A DNA stretch of 64,000 nucleotides from an uncultured Clostridia bacterium (lineage in GTDB: Bacteria > Bacillota > Clostridia > TANB77 > CAG-508). A model generated the notes under the pieces. The model searched no databases, was not told the origin of the DNA, and worked only from the letters and a program-made list of their open reading frames with translations. Location: NCBI GenBank assembly GCA_948664205.1, contig CAPNDH010000001.1:30165-94164 (forward strand), read 5' to 3'. Positions 1-10,328 of the stretch are shown here, piece after piece (positions within the stretch are counted from its first letter, which is position 1; each line of letters starts with the position of its first letter). A program made the translations under genes and the position numbers.

Positions 1-4
1 TACT

Positions 5-382
5 TTATTCATAATCTTTCACCACCAATCCTACTCCAATTAACACCACAATTGTTCCAATTATCATATTTGTGGTTATTGTTTCTTTAAAAAATATTAA
101 TCCCCATAACATACCCCAAATAATTGTAATTGCTTTATTAAAAAAAGCTGTAGTAAGTGCAAATTTTTTTAAAATTTGTTGCCATAGAAGTGCATATATT
201 CCTAGAATTATTATTGATATTCCATAAAACACACAAAATTTTATTGATAAAAATTGATTTTGTGCTGCAAGTTTTGAAAATACTCCACAAAATGAAAAGA
301 ATAATAGTAATAAATGTAAATATATATATTTACTATATTTTTTCATTTTTTTATCTTTTTCTATATTTTGATTATTACTCAT
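5..382 (-). CDS. Small polytopic membrane protein, GtrA/ArnE-like flippase subunit candidate; overlaps the adjacent GT2 gene
   Basis: 125 aa with about 4 TM segments and an EamA-like C-terminal half. Overlaps the GtrB-like GT2 gene at 375-382. Confidence 0.4.
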   Translation of the reverse strand: MSNNQNIEKDKKMKKYSKYIYLHLLLLFFSFCGVFSKLAAQNQFLSIKFCVFYGISIIILGIYALLWQQILKKFALTTAFFNKAITIIWGMLWGLIFFKETITTNMIIGTIVVLIGVGLVVKDYE

Positions 383-1340
383 TTTCTTCCCCTTGATTGA
401 AATTTATTTTTTCTTTTATTACAAATTGTGGTGAATTATTTATACTTATATAAATTCTTCCTAGATATTCACCTATTAATCCTAACATAATCATTATTAT
501 TCCAGAAACAAATAATAATACTGCCATAAGTGAACTATAACCCTGTAATATATTAGAATGTGTAATTAATTTGTGTACAATTGTGTAAATTCCATATACA
601 AAACCTATTGCTGCTGTAATAAATCCTATTATAGTAGATATTCTTAATGGTTTTATAGAAAACGCTGTAAAACCATTTACCCATAAGTTTAACATTTTTT
701 TGAAAGTAAATGTTGTATGTCCTGTTATTCTTTCTCTTTCTTCCATTTGCACATTTACTATATCTCTTGTTGTTCTTAATATTAAACCTGATATGTATGG
801 ATATGGATTTTTATATTTTAGTATTTCATCTACTATATATTTCTTTAAAACCATAAAATTTGTAAAACTTAAATCTTTTGGTTTTTCCATTATTATTTCT
901 GACATTTTTCTATTTACTATTGTTCCGAAGCTTTTAAATTTACTTTGTTTATATTCTGTATATTTTGCACTTGCAACATCGTGACCTTCTTCCATTGGTT
1001 TCATTAATTCCCATAACTTATCCATTGGGCATTGTCCATCATCATCCATAAGTAAAACATAATCACCTGAGCAATATGTCATACCTGCCATTACTGCTCC
1101 TGGTCTATTCATGTTTTTTGTTAAATTTATTATTTTTACTTTTTTATTTGCTCTAGCAATTTCTTTTAAAACTTCCCATACGTTATCTGGCGAACAGTCA
1201 TTTACTGCTACTACTTCATAGTCATATTTATCATTTTTTGAAACCACTTCATCTATTTCATTTATAACGGTTCCTACTGTTTTTGCACTACCATAACATG
1301 GTATAATAAAGCTTATTGTTTTTATATTATTATTTTCCAT
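375..1340 (-). CDS. GT2 polyprenyl-phosphate sugar transferase (GtrB/CsbB/ArnC-like)
   Basis: N-terminal GT-A fold motifs (IIPCYGSAKT, DDDG) plus two C-terminal TM helices typical of C55-P-sugar synthases. Confidence 0.7.
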   Translation of the reverse strand: MENNNIKTISFIIPCYGSAKTVGTVINEIDEVVSKNDKYDYEVVAVNDCSPDNVWEVLKEIARANKKVKIINLTKNMNRPGAVMAGMTYCSGDYVLLMDDDGQCPMDKLWELMKPMEEGHDVASAKYTEYKQSKFKSFGTIVNRKMSEIIMEKPKDLSFTNFMVLKKYIVDEILKYKNPYPYISGLILRTTRDIVNVQMEERERITGHTTFTFKKMLNLWVNGFTAFSIKPLRISTIIGFITAAIGFVYGIYTIVHKLITHSNILQGYSSLMAVLLFVSGIIMIMLGLIGEYLGRIYISINNSPQFVIKEKINFNQGEENE

Positions 1341-1353
1341 TTATTTCACCCTT

Positions 1354-2346
1354 TTATTTTCTTACAAATCTATTTAATTTCATTTCTTTTTTATAGTCTT
1401 CTAGATATGAAATATAGTCATATTTAGGTTCATATCCTAATTCTTCTTTTGCATTTGTTATATCCATAACGAAATCATCACAGTCTTTTTTCTCTGGACA
1501 TGGTATTATTTTTGAAGGCTTGTCTTTTGGTGAGAAAACTTTTATTATTCCTTCTATTTGTTCTTTCATTGTTGTTTTTACTCCTGTTCCAGCATTATAT
1601 ATTCCAGTATCTCTATTTACGAATAAAGATTTAAATATCATTTGGCATAAGTCTTTAACATATATTATATCTTTTCCTAAATCTGGGTTTCCCCACATCT
1701 CTATATCTTTTCCTTCAATAGCTCTTTGTATAATATATCTGTATGATACATATTTCTTTTCACCATCTACATAATAGAACATATCTGGTGAATATTCATA
1801 TATATTAGGTAATCTAAAAATAAAGTTTTTAATTCCATACATTTGATGATAACATTCTATTAAATCTACTGCTGCACATTTTGTAGCTGCATAAACTGCA
1901 TGATCTCCTTTATATATTGGTTTTCTTAACCATTCTGGTTTTAATGGTTTTTTATCTTTTAAATATCCATTTAAATCTGCCCATGTTTGTGTATATATAA
2001 TTCTATCAACCTTTACTTTTCTACAATATTCTAGTACATTCATTGTTCCTGTTACGTTAACATCTATATATTTATATGGGTCATCTTTTGCTAAATATGC
2101 TGGCAAAACACCTGCAAAGTCTATTAATGCATGTACATCATTTGTTGGTAATTTTTCAAAATCCTCCTTATTTGTTATATCTAATTGTATATATGTACCT
2201 TTATAAAATTCATATGGATATTCTGCTTTTGTACCTGTTGCAATTATTTCATACTTTTCCATATCTAAATTTTCTAGTAAATAATCAATAAAATACATTC
2301 CCAAATTTCCTGCTGAACCTAATACTATTATTTTCTTCTTTTCCAT
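1354..2346 (-). CDS. NAD-dependent epimerase/dehydratase (SDR family)
   Basis: N-terminal GSAGNLG Rossmann motif and YxxxK-type catalytic region; 330 aa. Confidence 0.7.
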   Translation of the reverse strand: MEKKKIIVLGSAGNLGMYFIDYLLENLDMEKYEIIATGTKAEYPYEFYKGTYIQLDITNKEDFEKLPTNDVHALIDFAGVLPAYLAKDDPYKYIDVNVTGTMNVLEYCRKVKVDRIIYTQTWADLNGYLKDKKPLKPEWLRKPIYKGDHAVYAATKCAAVDLIECYHQMYGIKNFIFRLPNIYEYSPDMFYYVDGEKKYVSYRYIIQRAIEGKDIEMWGNPDLGKDIIYVKDLCQMIFKSLFVNRDTGIYNAGTGVKTTMKEQIEGIIKVFSPKDKPSKIIPCPEKKDCDDFVMDITNAKEELGYEPKYDYISYLEDYKKEMKLNRFVRK

Positions 2347-2362
2347 ACCTTTTCTCTCCTTT

Positions 2363-3484
2363 TTAATTTTCTCTTTCTGGTGTATAAATATAATACCCTA
2401 TTCTTGTTGAACTGTCAGTTGTTTTTCCTAAATTTTCAAGCTCCATTTCACTTATTCTATAAATATTCTTTGGATGTTTTTCTTTGTATTCGTTCATTTC
2501 TTTTATATCTTGCTCAGTAAATATAAATTTGATATATGCTTTTGTTGGTTCTGTTGTTTTTGTAAAATCTGGTGTTTTACCACATGCTACATCAATTACC
2601 ATTTTCATAAAGTCATATCCTGTAGATATTTGAACTAAATCTGAACCTATACAATCTCCGCCCATTCTAGCTCCTATTTCTATTATTTCAAAGTTTCCGT
2701 TTTCATCTACTTTAAATTCTGTATGGCTAGCTCCATTTTGTATGTTTAATGCTGTTAGAGCTTCGAATATGTTGTTTTTTATTCTCTCTTGATATTCTTC
2801 TTTTATATCTGATGGTTCACAATGTCCTGTTTCTATAAAGTTTGGAGATCCTGTTGTATATTTTTTTGTAAATGCTAAAAAGTGATGTTTTCCTTTATAT
2901 GAAATACATTCACAACTATATTCATCTCCTTCTATGTATTCTTCTATAATTGCTCTTTTTTCAAAAGAATCTTTTATTGAATTACATACCGCTTCTTCTA
3001 AGCCTTCTATATTATATAGTTTAGTTATCCCTCTACTTCCAGATCTATCTGTTGGCTTTACTATTATAGGGAATTTCATTTCATCAATATTCCATGTTGT
3101 TTTGTCATCACTTACTTTTATAAACATAGGAGTTTTTATATTATTTTGTTTTAATTTTTTACGCATTTCATATTTGTTTGTACATTGAAGTGTATTTGCT
3201 GTTGGATTACAAGCAAGTCCCAAATTTTCAGCTACATAATTTACTGTAATTGTTGCTAAATCTGAACCTATTGAACATATTCCTACTGGTTTTATTTCTT
3301 TACATTTTTCTAATATTTGTTCTTTTTCTGTAATACTTATAGGATAAAAATAATCTGCTGTTCTTTCTCCAATAGCATCTGCTTTCCATGCAAATGCATG
3401 TACTTCATATCCTAATGATTGTGCTTTTAATATTAATTGGTTTTGGAACTCATTTGCTCCAATTATTACTAATTTTTCTTTCAT
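2363..3484 (-). CDS. ATP-grasp domain protein (amino-acid ligase-like)
   Basis: 373 aa with an ATP-grasp core resembling carbamoyl-phosphate-synthase-like ligases. Sits between the sugar epimerase and aminotransferase genes. Confidence 0.55.
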   Translation of the reverse strand: MKEKLVIIGANEFQNQLILKAQSLGYEVHAFAWKADAIGERTADYFYPISITEKEQILEKCKEIKPVGICSIGSDLATITVNYVAENLGLACNPTANTLQCTNKYEMRKKLKQNNIKTPMFIKVSDDKTTWNIDEMKFPIIVKPTDRSGSRGITKLYNIEGLEEAVCNSIKDSFEKRAIIEEYIEGDEYSCECISYKGKHHFLAFTKKYTTGSPNFIETGHCEPSDIKEEYQERIKNNIFEALTALNIQNGASHTEFKVDENGNFEIIEIGARMGGDCIGSDLVQISTGYDFMKMVIDVACGKTPDFTKTTEPTKAYIKFIFTEQDIKEMNEYKEKHPKNIYRISEMELENLGKTTDSSTRIGYYIYTPEREN

Positions 3485-3505
3485 TATAATTCTCCTTTTA
3501 TTATT

Positions 3506-4621
3506 TTATTTATAAAATTCTTTAATTTTTTCACAAACTGTTAAAACTTCTTCTTCTTTTAATCCATAGTACATTGGAAGTCTTAATAATCTTTCACTTT
3601 CTTTAGTTGTATATTTATCTTCTCCATGGAATCTTCCATATTTTATTCCTGCTGGAGCTGTATGTAATGGTATATAATGAAATACTGATGCAATATTATT
3701 TTCTTTTAAGTATTTTATTAATCTTGTTCTTTCTTCTAGGTCTTTAGTTTTTATATAAAACATATGTGCATTATGTTTGCACTCTTTTGGTATATATGGA
3801 AGTTCTATTTGTTTTATATCTTTTAAATTATCATAGTATAAATTCCATGATTTTAACCTATCATTATTTATTTCATCTGCCATTTCTAATTGTGCATAAA
3901 GGTACGCTGCATTTATATCACTTGGTAAGAAAGATGAACCTGCTTCTACCCAAGTATATTTATCAACTTGTCCTCTAAAAAATCTACTTCTATCAGTTCC
4001 TTTTTCTCTAACTATTTCTGCTAGCTCAAAATTGTCTTCATCTTTAACTAATAAAGCTCCACCTTCACCCATACTATAGTTTTTAGTTTCATGGAAGCTA
4101 TAGCATCCGTAATCTCCAATTGTTCCTAGAGGTCTACCTTTATATTCGCTCATAACTCCTTGTGCAGCATCTTCTATTACTATTAAATTATACTTTTTAG
4201 CTATATTCATTATTGTGTCCATTTCACATGCTACACCAGCATAGTGAACTGGCACAATTGCTTTTGTTTTTTCTGTTATTGCATCTTCAATTAATGTTTC
4301 GTCTATATTCATTGTGTCTGGTCTAATATCTACGAATACAACGGTTGCTCCTCTTAATACAAATGCATCTGCTGTTGATACAAATGTATATGCTGGCATT
4401 ATAACTTCATCACCTGGTCCTATTTTAGAAAGTATTGCAGACATATCTAACGAATGACTACATGATGTAGTTAATAATGCTTTTGAATTTGTTTTTTCTT
4501 CTAACCAAGCATGACATTTTTTTGTAAATTGTCCATCGCCACAAATCTTTCTACTATCTATAGCTTGACTTATATATTCTTTTTCCTTTCCAACATATGG
4601 TGGTACATTAAAATCTATCAT
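3506..4621 (-). CDS. DegT/DnrJ/EryC1/StrS family PLP-dependent sugar aminotransferase
   Basis: 371 aa with conserved aminotransferase family motifs (SCSHSLDM, YTFVSTA, lysine region). Confidence 0.8.
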   Translation of the reverse strand: MIDFNVPPYVGKEKEYISQAIDSRKICGDGQFTKKCHAWLEEKTNSKALLTTSCSHSLDMSAILSKIGPGDEVIMPAYTFVSTADAFVLRGATVVFVDIRPDTMNIDETLIEDAITEKTKAIVPVHYAGVACEMDTIMNIAKKYNLIVIEDAAQGVMSEYKGRPLGTIGDYGCYSFHETKNYSMGEGGALLVKDEDNFELAEIVREKGTDRSRFFRGQVDKYTWVEAGSSFLPSDINAAYLYAQLEMADEINNDRLKSWNLYYDNLKDIKQIELPYIPKECKHNAHMFYIKTKDLEERTRLIKYLKENNIASVFHYIPLHTAPAGIKYGRFHGEDKYTTKESERLLRLPMYYGLKEEEVLTVCEKIKEFYK

Positions 4622-4648
4622 TTTTCTTTCCTTTCCTTTGCTTATTTA

Positions 4649-6508
4649 TTATTCTTTAATCTGACATTGTTCTGAATACAAGTCTAAATTTTTATTAAAA
4701 TAAGGGTCTTTTTTATCTAATTCACTTTTCCATTTTTTTTCAAATAATTGTATTTCATTATTAAATCTTTGCCTCTTTTCTGGTGTATCTTCATATCCTC
4801 TTGTTTTTGATTCATAATGATATAGTTTTGCGTATGGAGTATATACAATTAATTTATTTTCTTTTCTTATTTTCATACAAAAGTCAATATCATTAAAAGC
4901 TACTTTAAATTCTTCATCTAGTCCATTTACCTTTTTATATAATTCTTTTTTTGTCATTAAACATGCTGCAGTTACGGCCGAATAATTATTTACTACTACT
5001 GCTCTTGCATGATAACCTATCTGGCTATCTTGAATCATTTTATCAACATGTCCTGCTATTCCACCCATTCCAATAACAACTCCTGCGTGTTGAACTAGGT
5101 TATCTTTATATAATAGTTTTGCTCCTACTGCTCCTACATCTTCTCTTTGACAAATGCCAAGCATTTCTTCTAACCATTCTTTATTAATAACTTTAATATC
5201 ATTATTCAGTAGCAATATATATTCGCCTTTTGCATATCTTACTGCATAATTGTTTATAGCAGAGTAATTAAATACTTTTTCTTTATGAGATATAATTTTT
5301 ATTTTATCATTTTTACTTATTTTATCATAATATTTAAAAGTTTTCTTATTTTTACTGTTATTTTCAACAATTATTATTTCAAAGTTTTGATAGTTAGATT
5401 GTAATATTGAATTAATTGCTCTTTTTAAGTATTTTATACTATCTTTGTTTGGTATTATTATTGATATTAGTGGATTCCCTTTTATCTTATATTTTATTTG
5501 GTATAAATTAAGGTCATTTTCTTTTTTTATTTGAATATCATAGTATTCGATTTTTAACCTATTTAAGTGTTCCTTTATTGCTTCTTTTCCTAATTGCTCT
5601 GTATTATTTTCTATCATTTTAGTTTTTCTAACATGGTATAATACATTAGGAATGTGAACTATATTTTTAGTTTTTTCTGATATTCTTAAATATGTATCAT
5701 ATTCTCTAACACCATCAAATTCTTTTCTAAATTTTCCTATTTCATTTATTAAATTTGTTTTTATTAAAGCAAAATTTCCAATATAATTATTACTTCTTAA
5801 AAAGTCTGGTGAAAAGTCTGGTTTAAAAAATGGATTATATTTATTTTCTAAACTATTCTCAAACATATCTTCATCTGTATATATCATTTGAGCTTCTTTA
5901 TAATCATTTAGTGTTTTCACAATTTCATAAAACGCTGTTTTTTCTAATATATCATCAACTTTTATAAAGCTTACCCATTCTCCCTTTATCATCGTTAGTG
6001 CTTCATTATAGCATTCCGAAATGGTTGTATCTTTATTAATTTTTATGTATTTTATTTTACTGTTCTGTTCCATATTTATATTTTTTGAATGACTTATATC
6101 TATTAAATATAGTTCCCAGTTTTTATAAGTTTGTTTTTTTATACATTGTAGAAAATCATCTAAATTTTCAGTTTCATTATTTACTACTGTAATAATACTA
6201 ATTAGTGGTTCATACTCGAATGTTTCATTTTTTTGTCTATTTAATTCTTCTTCAGGTGGCGTATGGTTTTGTATCCACTTTTTATATTTTTCATCTTGGT
6301 ATTCTCTACTTGTTTTTATTACAAGTTTATTAAATGAATATTTTATAGCTTCTTTTAATCCTATTTCTTTTATTTTTTCTTTTAGATTTATTATGTTTTC
6401 TTTATTATTTAATAATCTATATATATATTGAATAATAAACCTTCTTTTACTATTCAATGGTAGTATGAAATTGATTATATTATTTTTTAATATTTCTGTT
6501 TTGTTCAT
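4649..6508 (-). CDS. Multidomain GT2 glycosyltransferase
   Basis: 619 aa with GT-A motifs (ISIITVVNN, NWELYLID, DxD). Paralogous to 10329..12155. Confidence 0.65.
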   Translation of the reverse strand: MNKTEILKNNIINFILPLNSKRRFIIQYIYRLLNNKENIINLKEKIKEIGLKEAIKYSFNKLVIKTSREYQDEKYKKWIQNHTPPEEELNRQKNETFEYEPLISIITVVNNETENLDDFLQCIKKQTYKNWELYLIDISHSKNINMEQNSKIKYIKINKDTTISECYNEALTMIKGEWVSFIKVDDILEKTAFYEIVKTLNDYKEAQMIYTDEDMFENSLENKYNPFFKPDFSPDFLRSNNYIGNFALIKTNLINEIGKFRKEFDGVREYDTYLRISEKTKNIVHIPNVLYHVRKTKMIENNTEQLGKEAIKEHLNRLKIEYYDIQIKKENDLNLYQIKYKIKGNPLISIIIPNKDSIKYLKRAINSILQSNYQNFEIIIVENNSKNKKTFKYYDKISKNDKIKIISHKEKVFNYSAINNYAVRYAKGEYILLLNNDIKVINKEWLEEMLGICQREDVGAVGAKLLYKDNLVQHAGVVIGMGGIAGHVDKMIQDSQIGYHARAVVVNNYSAVTAACLMTKKELYKKVNGLDEEFKVAFNDIDFCMKIRKENKLIVYTPYAKLYHYESKTRGYEDTPEKRQRFNNEIQLFEKKWKSELDKKDPYFNKNLDLYSEQCQIKE

Positions 6509-6528
6509 AAAATTTTCCTTTAATTATA

Positions 6529-8505
6529 TTAAATATTATTTTCTTTTTCTAATCCCCACACTCTTTTTAGAAAATCATATCTTTTTTGAAATTCTTCTTT
6601 ATGCCAATCTTTAATTTCTATTAAGTCTCCAATTTCTTTGTGTATACTTTTTATTTCTTCTAAATGTTTTTGTTTTTTCATATTAGAAGTAATATTCTCC
6701 CCATGTACACGATAATAGTTATATGGTTTATTTACATATGCTATATCTCCTTTTATCATAACATTTGCATATACAACCCAATCACCTGCTTGTCTGTACT
6801 TTGTTGCTTTTTCGAATATATCATCATAATTATCTTTTTTTATAATACATGATGAAACATTTGCTATAGTGCAATTTAAAAATGTGTAATTATCTAATTC
6901 ATTTTTTCCATTGTTTATAAAATCTTTATCCCAATGGCCTGTTTTTCTTAAATCAATTTCAGGTTTAATTGTTTTTAAGAATATTTCACCTTGCTTATTT
7001 ATAAAAGCTGTATCAACATATGCAATTCTAATATTATTATTTTTTCTTATTTTATTTAAAAGTACTTTTAACAATCTTTTATCACAATAATCATCTGCTT
7101 CTGCAATCCAAACATAATCACCTTTAGCTAAATCAAATCCTTTTTTCCATTGTTTAAATGCAATACCTGAATTTTCTGTATTATAAACTTTCTTTATATC
7201 TATGTATTTGCTTAACTTTTCTGTAATATTATCTATTAATTCTCTGCTATTATCTTTAGAGCAATCATCTAATATTATTAATTCATTTATCTTTTCTTTT
7301 TGATTTAATATACTATATATTCTTTGAACTAAATAATCTTCATAATTATAATTTGGAACAACTACTGATACTTTAATGTCTTTATCTTTTAACCTTGCTT
7401 GCTTTCTAGCTACTTTTTCCAAATCATCTATGGTTAAATTTTTTCTTATAACATTTTTTGTTTTTAGTTTTGATTTTATTTTTCTTAGCACAGGTATAAC
7501 TTTACCCATAATATTAACACATACTAGATATAAGTTTATTAGTAAAGGACTCTTTGTTCTTAATAACTTTACAGAGCCTAATACACGTAATTTTTCAAGC
7601 CTCGGAAATGCACCTATACATTCTCTACCTTTTTTGCTATTTTCAATGCCTAGCATTTTATTCTTTTTTATAAACAATTTTAAAAATTTTTGTCTTTTGA
7701 AAAATCCTTTTATTTTAATAATTTTATATATATATAGCATAAATACTTGGTGACATATAATTATATCTTTATATTTTTCAAAGTCTTTCAAATCATTTAT
7801 TCTATCAAGACATACTTTTACTGAGTCAAACATATCAAATCTTTTTATAGAAAAATCCGAATTCTGTATAGATGTATTTCTTTGTACATAATAATATTTG
7901 CATTTATCTGTGTATGCAATTTTCTTTGCATGAAGTACACTTGGTATAACAGATGCTACATCTTCATTTATTTTTCCTTCTAAAAACAAATAATCTTCAA
8001 TTAATGATTTTTTAAATAGTTTATTGCAGGCTGATGCACATAGTCCATTATCTATTGAAGCAAGCTTTATATCTTCTTGATTTGGATTGATTCCTTTTTG
8101 AAGCTCACTCATTTCTTTTCCATCTTCATCAACAATTAAAATATTTGTTATTGCAACTTCTGCATTTTCTTTTTCTATTTCATCAATTAATGCTTCATAA
8201 TAATTTTCATCTATATAATCGTCTGAATCAATAAAACCTATAAAATCTGTTTTGGCTTCCATTATTCCTTTATTTCTTGTTGCTGCAAGTCCTAAATTTT
8301 TTTCATTTTTTATTACTTTAACTTTTCCTTCATTTTCCTTTTCTATTTCCTTAATAATTTCAAATGTTTTGTCTGTAGAGCAATCATCAATTGCTATTAT
8401 TTCTATGTTTTTATATGTTTGATTTAATATTGATTCAATTGATTTTTTTACATATTTTTCAACATTATAGCATGGTACAATTACAGTTATTTTTTTATTT
8501 TCCAT
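6529..8505 (-). CDS. Bifunctional GT2 glycosyltransferase (two GT-A domains)
   Basis: 658 aa with two GT2 signatures (ITVIVPCYNVEKY...IDDCSTD and VSVVVPNYNYEDY...LDDCSKDNS). Confidence 0.65.
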   Translation of the reverse strand: MENKKITVIVPCYNVEKYVKKSIESILNQTYKNIEIIAIDDCSTDKTFEIIKEIEKENEGKVKVIKNEKNLGLAATRNKGIMEAKTDFIGFIDSDDYIDENYYEALIDEIEKENAEVAITNILIVDEDGKEMSELQKGINPNQEDIKLASIDNGLCASACNKLFKKSLIEDYLFLEGKINEDVASVIPSVLHAKKIAYTDKCKYYYVQRNTSIQNSDFSIKRFDMFDSVKVCLDRINDLKDFEKYKDIIICHQVFMLYIYKIIKIKGFFKRQKFLKLFIKKNKMLGIENSKKGRECIGAFPRLEKLRVLGSVKLLRTKSPLLINLYLVCVNIMGKVIPVLRKIKSKLKTKNVIRKNLTIDDLEKVARKQARLKDKDIKVSVVVPNYNYEDYLVQRIYSILNQKEKINELIILDDCSKDNSRELIDNITEKLSKYIDIKKVYNTENSGIAFKQWKKGFDLAKGDYVWIAEADDYCDKRLLKVLLNKIRKNNNIRIAYVDTAFINKQGEIFLKTIKPEIDLRKTGHWDKDFINNGKNELDNYTFLNCTIANVSSCIIKKDNYDDIFEKATKYRQAGDWVVYANVMIKGDIAYVNKPYNYYRVHGENITSNMKKQKHLEEIKSIHKEIGDLIEIKDWHKEEFQKRYDFLKRVWGLEKENNI

Positions 8506-10326
8506 TACTTTTCCTTTCTATGTAATATTTCTATCAACCTACGAAAACTACTTTTTTTATATTTTTGTACTTCATCTAGTAATTTAGCTTTTTCATCTAA
8601 TAATTGATTTTTTTCTTTTAGTAATTCGTCTTTTTCTTCATATAATTTGCTTAGTTGTTTATTGTATTTTAATTTTATACCTTCTATACTTATTATAGAC
8701 TTCCATTTATCAGCATAAAAATTATAAACTGAGCTATCTGTTATTTTTTCTTGCCATTTATTTTCTATAGTCTCAAATAAGTTAATGAAATTTAATATAT
8801 TATATTTTTCATATAAATTATCTTTAAATTTTTCCTTATTTTCTATTTTGATATTTTCATCAAATAATTGTTTTAAACTTCTATACATTATAAATTCAAG
8901 TGGAACATTCTCTTCTTTCCATTCTTGATCAAATACGATATATTCTTCTTTCTCATTATCATAAAAAATATTTTGGAATATTAGGTCAATAAATCCATTC
9001 TCTACTATTGTTAGTTTGTTTTTATCTTCATCAGATATTTCAATATCATATTTTGTAAATATATCATTTGGGGTATTATTACTTTGATATTTAAGTTTTT
9101 CTTTTAAGTATATATACCATTTATCTATTTGATTTTCTAATTCTACTAAATCATTTTTGTTTGCTATATTTTTCAAATACTCATCTAATGTAGAAAGTTT
9201 TATATAATTACTACTTATTCTTCCATGTACATCTTCTTCACAAGTGTTGAAACCTAAGTCATTTAATGTTTTAATGTTTTCCTTAATTTCTTCTACGTGA
9301 GAGGTTTCATTTAAATAATAAGCTTCCTTAGTTACATTTTCTTTACCTATTTTTGTAATTATTTTATATTTATTTTTCCTAATATTACTATATTTTATAA
9401 AATTGATATCTTCATTTATACAATTTTCTTCATTAGTAATTTCTATTAAATAACTATTGGTAAATATATCAAATTGTTTATTACTTACTACATTATTTAA
9501 AAATGTAAGTTCACTATACATTATTTCTTCGTCATCATTATAATACAAATTATAATTAAATTTTTCAGGTAAATAACTATCTGTATAAATAGCATCTGTT
9601 AATTTATAATTTGGAACTGGATAATAAAATCTATAGTTAATATCAGATATTTCTTTTAGCATTTCTTTTAATTCATATTTTGTATATAATTTATATTTTT
9701 TTTCAATATAATGTTTATAATTTGTAAATGGAACTTCATCTGTGTTTCTTGTAGAGCCTGCTAAATATTTAACACCTATTTTATTATCTATTGCCAATAA
9801 TATTTTTCCATTATGCTTTAAGTGTTGTTTTGCCCATTCTACCATTTGTTTTAAAGAATTAAAACCTAATTCTTTTGCATATTCTGCTGTTCCTAAAATA
9901 GTAATATAATCATATTTTTGTTCTAATTCTAAATTATTTAAATAAGTAGTTATAATTAATTTTAAATTATTACAATTTGAAAATCTTTCTTCTATACATC
10001 TTGCTTTTTTCTTACTAAATTCAATAGATGTAACTTTTCTGGCCTTCTTTATAAGTTCACCGAGTTACTTCACCATAGTTTGCTCCTATTTCTAGCAACT
10101 CACTATTTTCTTCAAAAGGATACCATTTTATAATATTTGTTGCCATTTCAGAAAATATTTCTACTATTTTTGTTCTTTTGTCTTGCTCAATTATTTTATT
10201 ATAATGTTCTTTTCTATAAGACCTTATATATTTTTCTATATCTTCTTCAAAATTTTTATAAATATCATTATTATAATTGTTCTCTTTTTCATAATTTTTT
10301 TCTTCAATATCAATCATATCTTTCAC
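8505..10326 (-). pseudogene. SAM-dependent methyltransferase with C-terminal coiled-coil, disrupted by a 1-nt frameshift near 10068
   Basis: ORF 10057..10326 ends ...LLEIGANYGEVTR*. Another frame continues GELIKKARKVTSIEFSK...MVEWAKQ into ORF 8505..9845. It aligns with intact paralog 12166..13266 (LEIGAGMGAITEVLCEKCGKVTCVELSK...LKPNGKILIAIENK). Confidence 0.65.
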
Positions 10327-10328
10327 CT